Assembly (NCBI GenBank): GCA_030690855.1
Contig: JAUYFR010000300.1
Coordinates: 1 to 26,263, forward strand
Direction: 5' to 3'
Length of the DNA stretch: 26,263 nucleotides
Origin: Gallionellaceae bacterium
GTDB taxonomy: Bacteria; Pseudomonadota; Gammaproteobacteria; Burkholderiales; Gallionellaceae
Of this stretch, positions 24,667 through 26,263 are shown piece by piece (the stretch's first letter is position 1; each line of letters begins with the position of its first letter). A program made the translations under genes and the position numbers. The notes beneath the pieces were generated by a model. That model saw nothing but the letters and a program-made list of their open reading frames with translations. It did not search any database and was not told where the DNA came from.

Positions 24667-25098
24667 ATGACTCTCACCAATGCACATGCCGATCAGATTG
24701 CAACACTATTAAACGAGCGAAACCAGCTTACCCAAAAGCTCACGCGTAAGAGTGTTCTTGACCATGCGGATAGTTATATTTGTCGCTTCTCAGATGCAAA
24801 TGAAGTTGTTGCGTGTGTTCAAGTAAAGAGCGTTCAGTGGTACCAAACTGAAATTCTTCATCTTACTGTGGCCGAATTTCAAACGAGAAAAGGATATGCC
24901 AAATGGTTATTGTGTGAGGCGGAGCGCGTTGCTCGTACAAAAGGCGCTCGTTTGCTCCAATGTACCATTCGCGAAAGCAATATCGGAAGTCGCACGTTGT
25001 TTGAAAGTTTTGGTTTTTTGTACATCAACACATTTAATAACCCGAGCAGCGGGAACAACGTAATGATTTTTCAAAAAGTATTACTCTGTGTTCAATAA
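24667..25098 (+). CDS. GNAT-family N-acetyltransferase
   Basis: Motif A-like HLTVAEFQTRKGYAKWLL and motif B-like ESNIGSRTLFESFGF. Start set at ATG 24667, because the upstream in-frame part lies inside the attC-like site. Confidence 0.85.
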   Translation: MTLTNAHADQIATLLNERNQLTQKLTRKSVLDHADSYICRFSDANEVVACVQVKSVQWYQTEILHLTVAEFQTRKGYAKWLLCEAERVARTKGARLLQCTIRESNIGSRTLFESFGFLYINTFNNPSSGNNVMIFQKVLLCVQ

Positions 25099-25106
25099 TC
25101 TCTGTA

Positions 25107-25150
25107 ACCTAACACGAAAATAGAGCGAAGCGGTCAGGCTCGATTTTTTT
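25107..25150 (+). other. Second attC-like half site or terminator-like hairpin after the GNAT gene
   Basis: ACCTAAC (RYYYAAC) 8 bp after the stop, then AAAATAGAGC/GCTCGATTTT inverted repeat (9/10) with a T7 run. No GTT at the position expected for R'. Confidence 0.45.
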
Positions 25151-25189
25151 AAACTAAGCAGTAAAGTTGCCTTGTAACCCAATAAACAG

Positions 25190-25210
25190 AAGGCCTGCAG
25201 AGCAGGCCTT
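25190..25210. terminator. Perfect 9-bp hairpin between the convergent transcription units
   Basis: AAGGCCTGC-AGA-GCAGGCCTT; followed on the minus strand by CTGTTTATT, so a plausible topA terminator. Confidence 0.55.
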
Positions 25211-25276
25211 GTAAAACGAGCTACAGCCGCACAATATCTATGCGGCAGGGGGGGGGGATTCAAATTAGTCGAAAAC

Positions 25277-26263
25277 CTATTCCTTGGCCTTTGCGGCCTT
25301 TTTAGCTGCCGCTTTCTTGGCGGCGGGTTTTTTCACTGTTTTTTTCTTCGCCGCAACCTTTTTAGTCACCGTTTTCGCGGTCTTTGGCTCAGCTTTGGCT
25401 TTAGGTGTTGCTTTTGTCTTGGTCGTTTTGCTGGTGGCCCTTTTGGCGGCAGGTCTGCGTGAAGGCTTCGTTGATGGACCTTTCGCCACTTTGGCGGCGA
25501 TTAGTTCCAGCGCTTCTTCTAGTGTAATGTCATCCGGCGAAATATCTTTTGGTAGGGTTGCATTAATCTTGCCATGACGTGCGTAAGCGCCGTAACGGCC
25601 GCTACAAATTTCAACGGTCGCTTTGTCCTCTGGGTGGTCGCCTAAGGTACGTAATACGGTTGCTCCGCCGTCTCTGGCTTGAGCCAGCAATTCAACGGCC
25701 CGGTCTAATGCAATATCAAAGATGCTGTCGGTGCGTGGAATAGATTTGAATTTGCCATCGTGACCAATATAAGGGCCAAAGCGTCCGATGTTAACAATGA
25801 CCTTTTTGTTGGTCTCTGGGTGTAAACCGAGATCTTTTGGTAGTGATAACAGTTTTAGCGCATTTTCTAAATCCGCTTGATCAACGGGCATTTCCTTGGG
25901 CCATGACACGCGTTTTGGTTTGGTTTTGGCACCCTCTTCCACTTCGCCCAGCTGGACATAGTGACCGTACGGACCTTTCAGCAGTAATACGGCTTGCTGA
26001 GTTTCGGGATGCACACCCATTTCTACCCGCGCGGCGGCATCGTCTTGGCTTTCGCCGCTGAGGCTGCGTTTGTATTTGCACTCAGGGTAGTTGGTGCAAC
26101 TAATAAAGCTGCCATAACGGCTGAGCTTTTTGGCTAGCGGTTTGCCACAGTCTGGGCACGCCTCATCAATCAATTCCACCGGACGGTCAATGTTGGTTTT
26201 TTCTTTGATGAGCCCGGAAAAACCTTTCCAGAATTCATCCATCACGCCGATCCAGTCGCGCTT
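25277..26263 (-). CDS. topA: DNA topoisomerase I, C-terminal part (5' end outside the window)
   Basis: Frame is open to the right edge (KRDWIGVMDEFWKGF). One C4 Zn ribbon (CPDC...SCTNYPEC), three (L/M)GxHP...G(P/R)(Y/F)GxY repeats and a Lys/Ala-rich tail. Confidence 0.9.
   Translation of the reverse strand, partial: KRDWIGVMDEFWKGFSGLIKEKTNIDRPVELIDEACPDCGKPLAKKLSRYGSFISCTNYPECKYKRSLSGESQDDAAARVEMGVHPETQQAVLLLKGPYGHYVQLGEVEEGAKTKPKRVSWPKEMPVDQADLENALKLLSLPKDLGLHPETNKKVIVNIGRFGPYIGHDGKFKSIPRTDSIFDIALDRAVELLAQARDGGATVLRTLGDHPEDKATVEICSGRYGAYARHGKINATLPKDISPDDITLEEALELIAAKVAKGPSTKPSRRPAAKRATSKTTKTKATPKAKAEPKTAKTVTKKVAAKKKTVKKPAAKKAAAKKAAKAKE

Noticed and set aside
24242-25098. Toxin-antitoxin pair (GNAT toxin plus upstream partner)
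   Set aside because: The upstream gene encodes an exported lipoprotein, not a cytoplasmic DNA-binding antitoxin.
25284-25577. Ala/Phe-rich plus-strand ORF that looks like a membrane protein
   Set aside because: It is the reverse complement of the Lys/Ala tail codons of topA.

Overview
This window is the replication-origin region of a betaproteobacterial chromosome. The protein sequences look Nitrosomonadales/Gallionellaceae-like, which is an inference. The minus strand carries the ancestral block rpmH-rnpA-yidD-yidC-mnmE-mnmG-rsmG-parA-parB-atpIBEFHAGDC-glmU-glmS, followed by a second, orphan ParA-family gene that runs off the left edge. The plus strand carries dnaA, a 195-bp ~19% GC spacer (the likely oriC), dnaN and gyrB; recF is absent. 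Two near-perfect parS palindromes bracket the origin. The 3' part of a topA gene converges on gyrB at the right edge; its C-terminus combines a Zn ribbon, Topo_C repeats and a Lys/Ala tail. The only accessory DNA is ~1.1 kb between gyrB and topA, holding a small lipoprotein gene and a GNAT gene. Each is preceded by the same GTTAGTGAGT 10-mer and followed by an RYYYAAC motif, with a decayed attC-like site of canonical spacing between them. This suggests a cryptic, integrase-less integron cassette pair and is the best candidate for something undescribed. rpmH and the orphan parA are missing from the supplied ORF track and were read by hand. No rRNA, tRNA, CRISPR array or transposase was seen.
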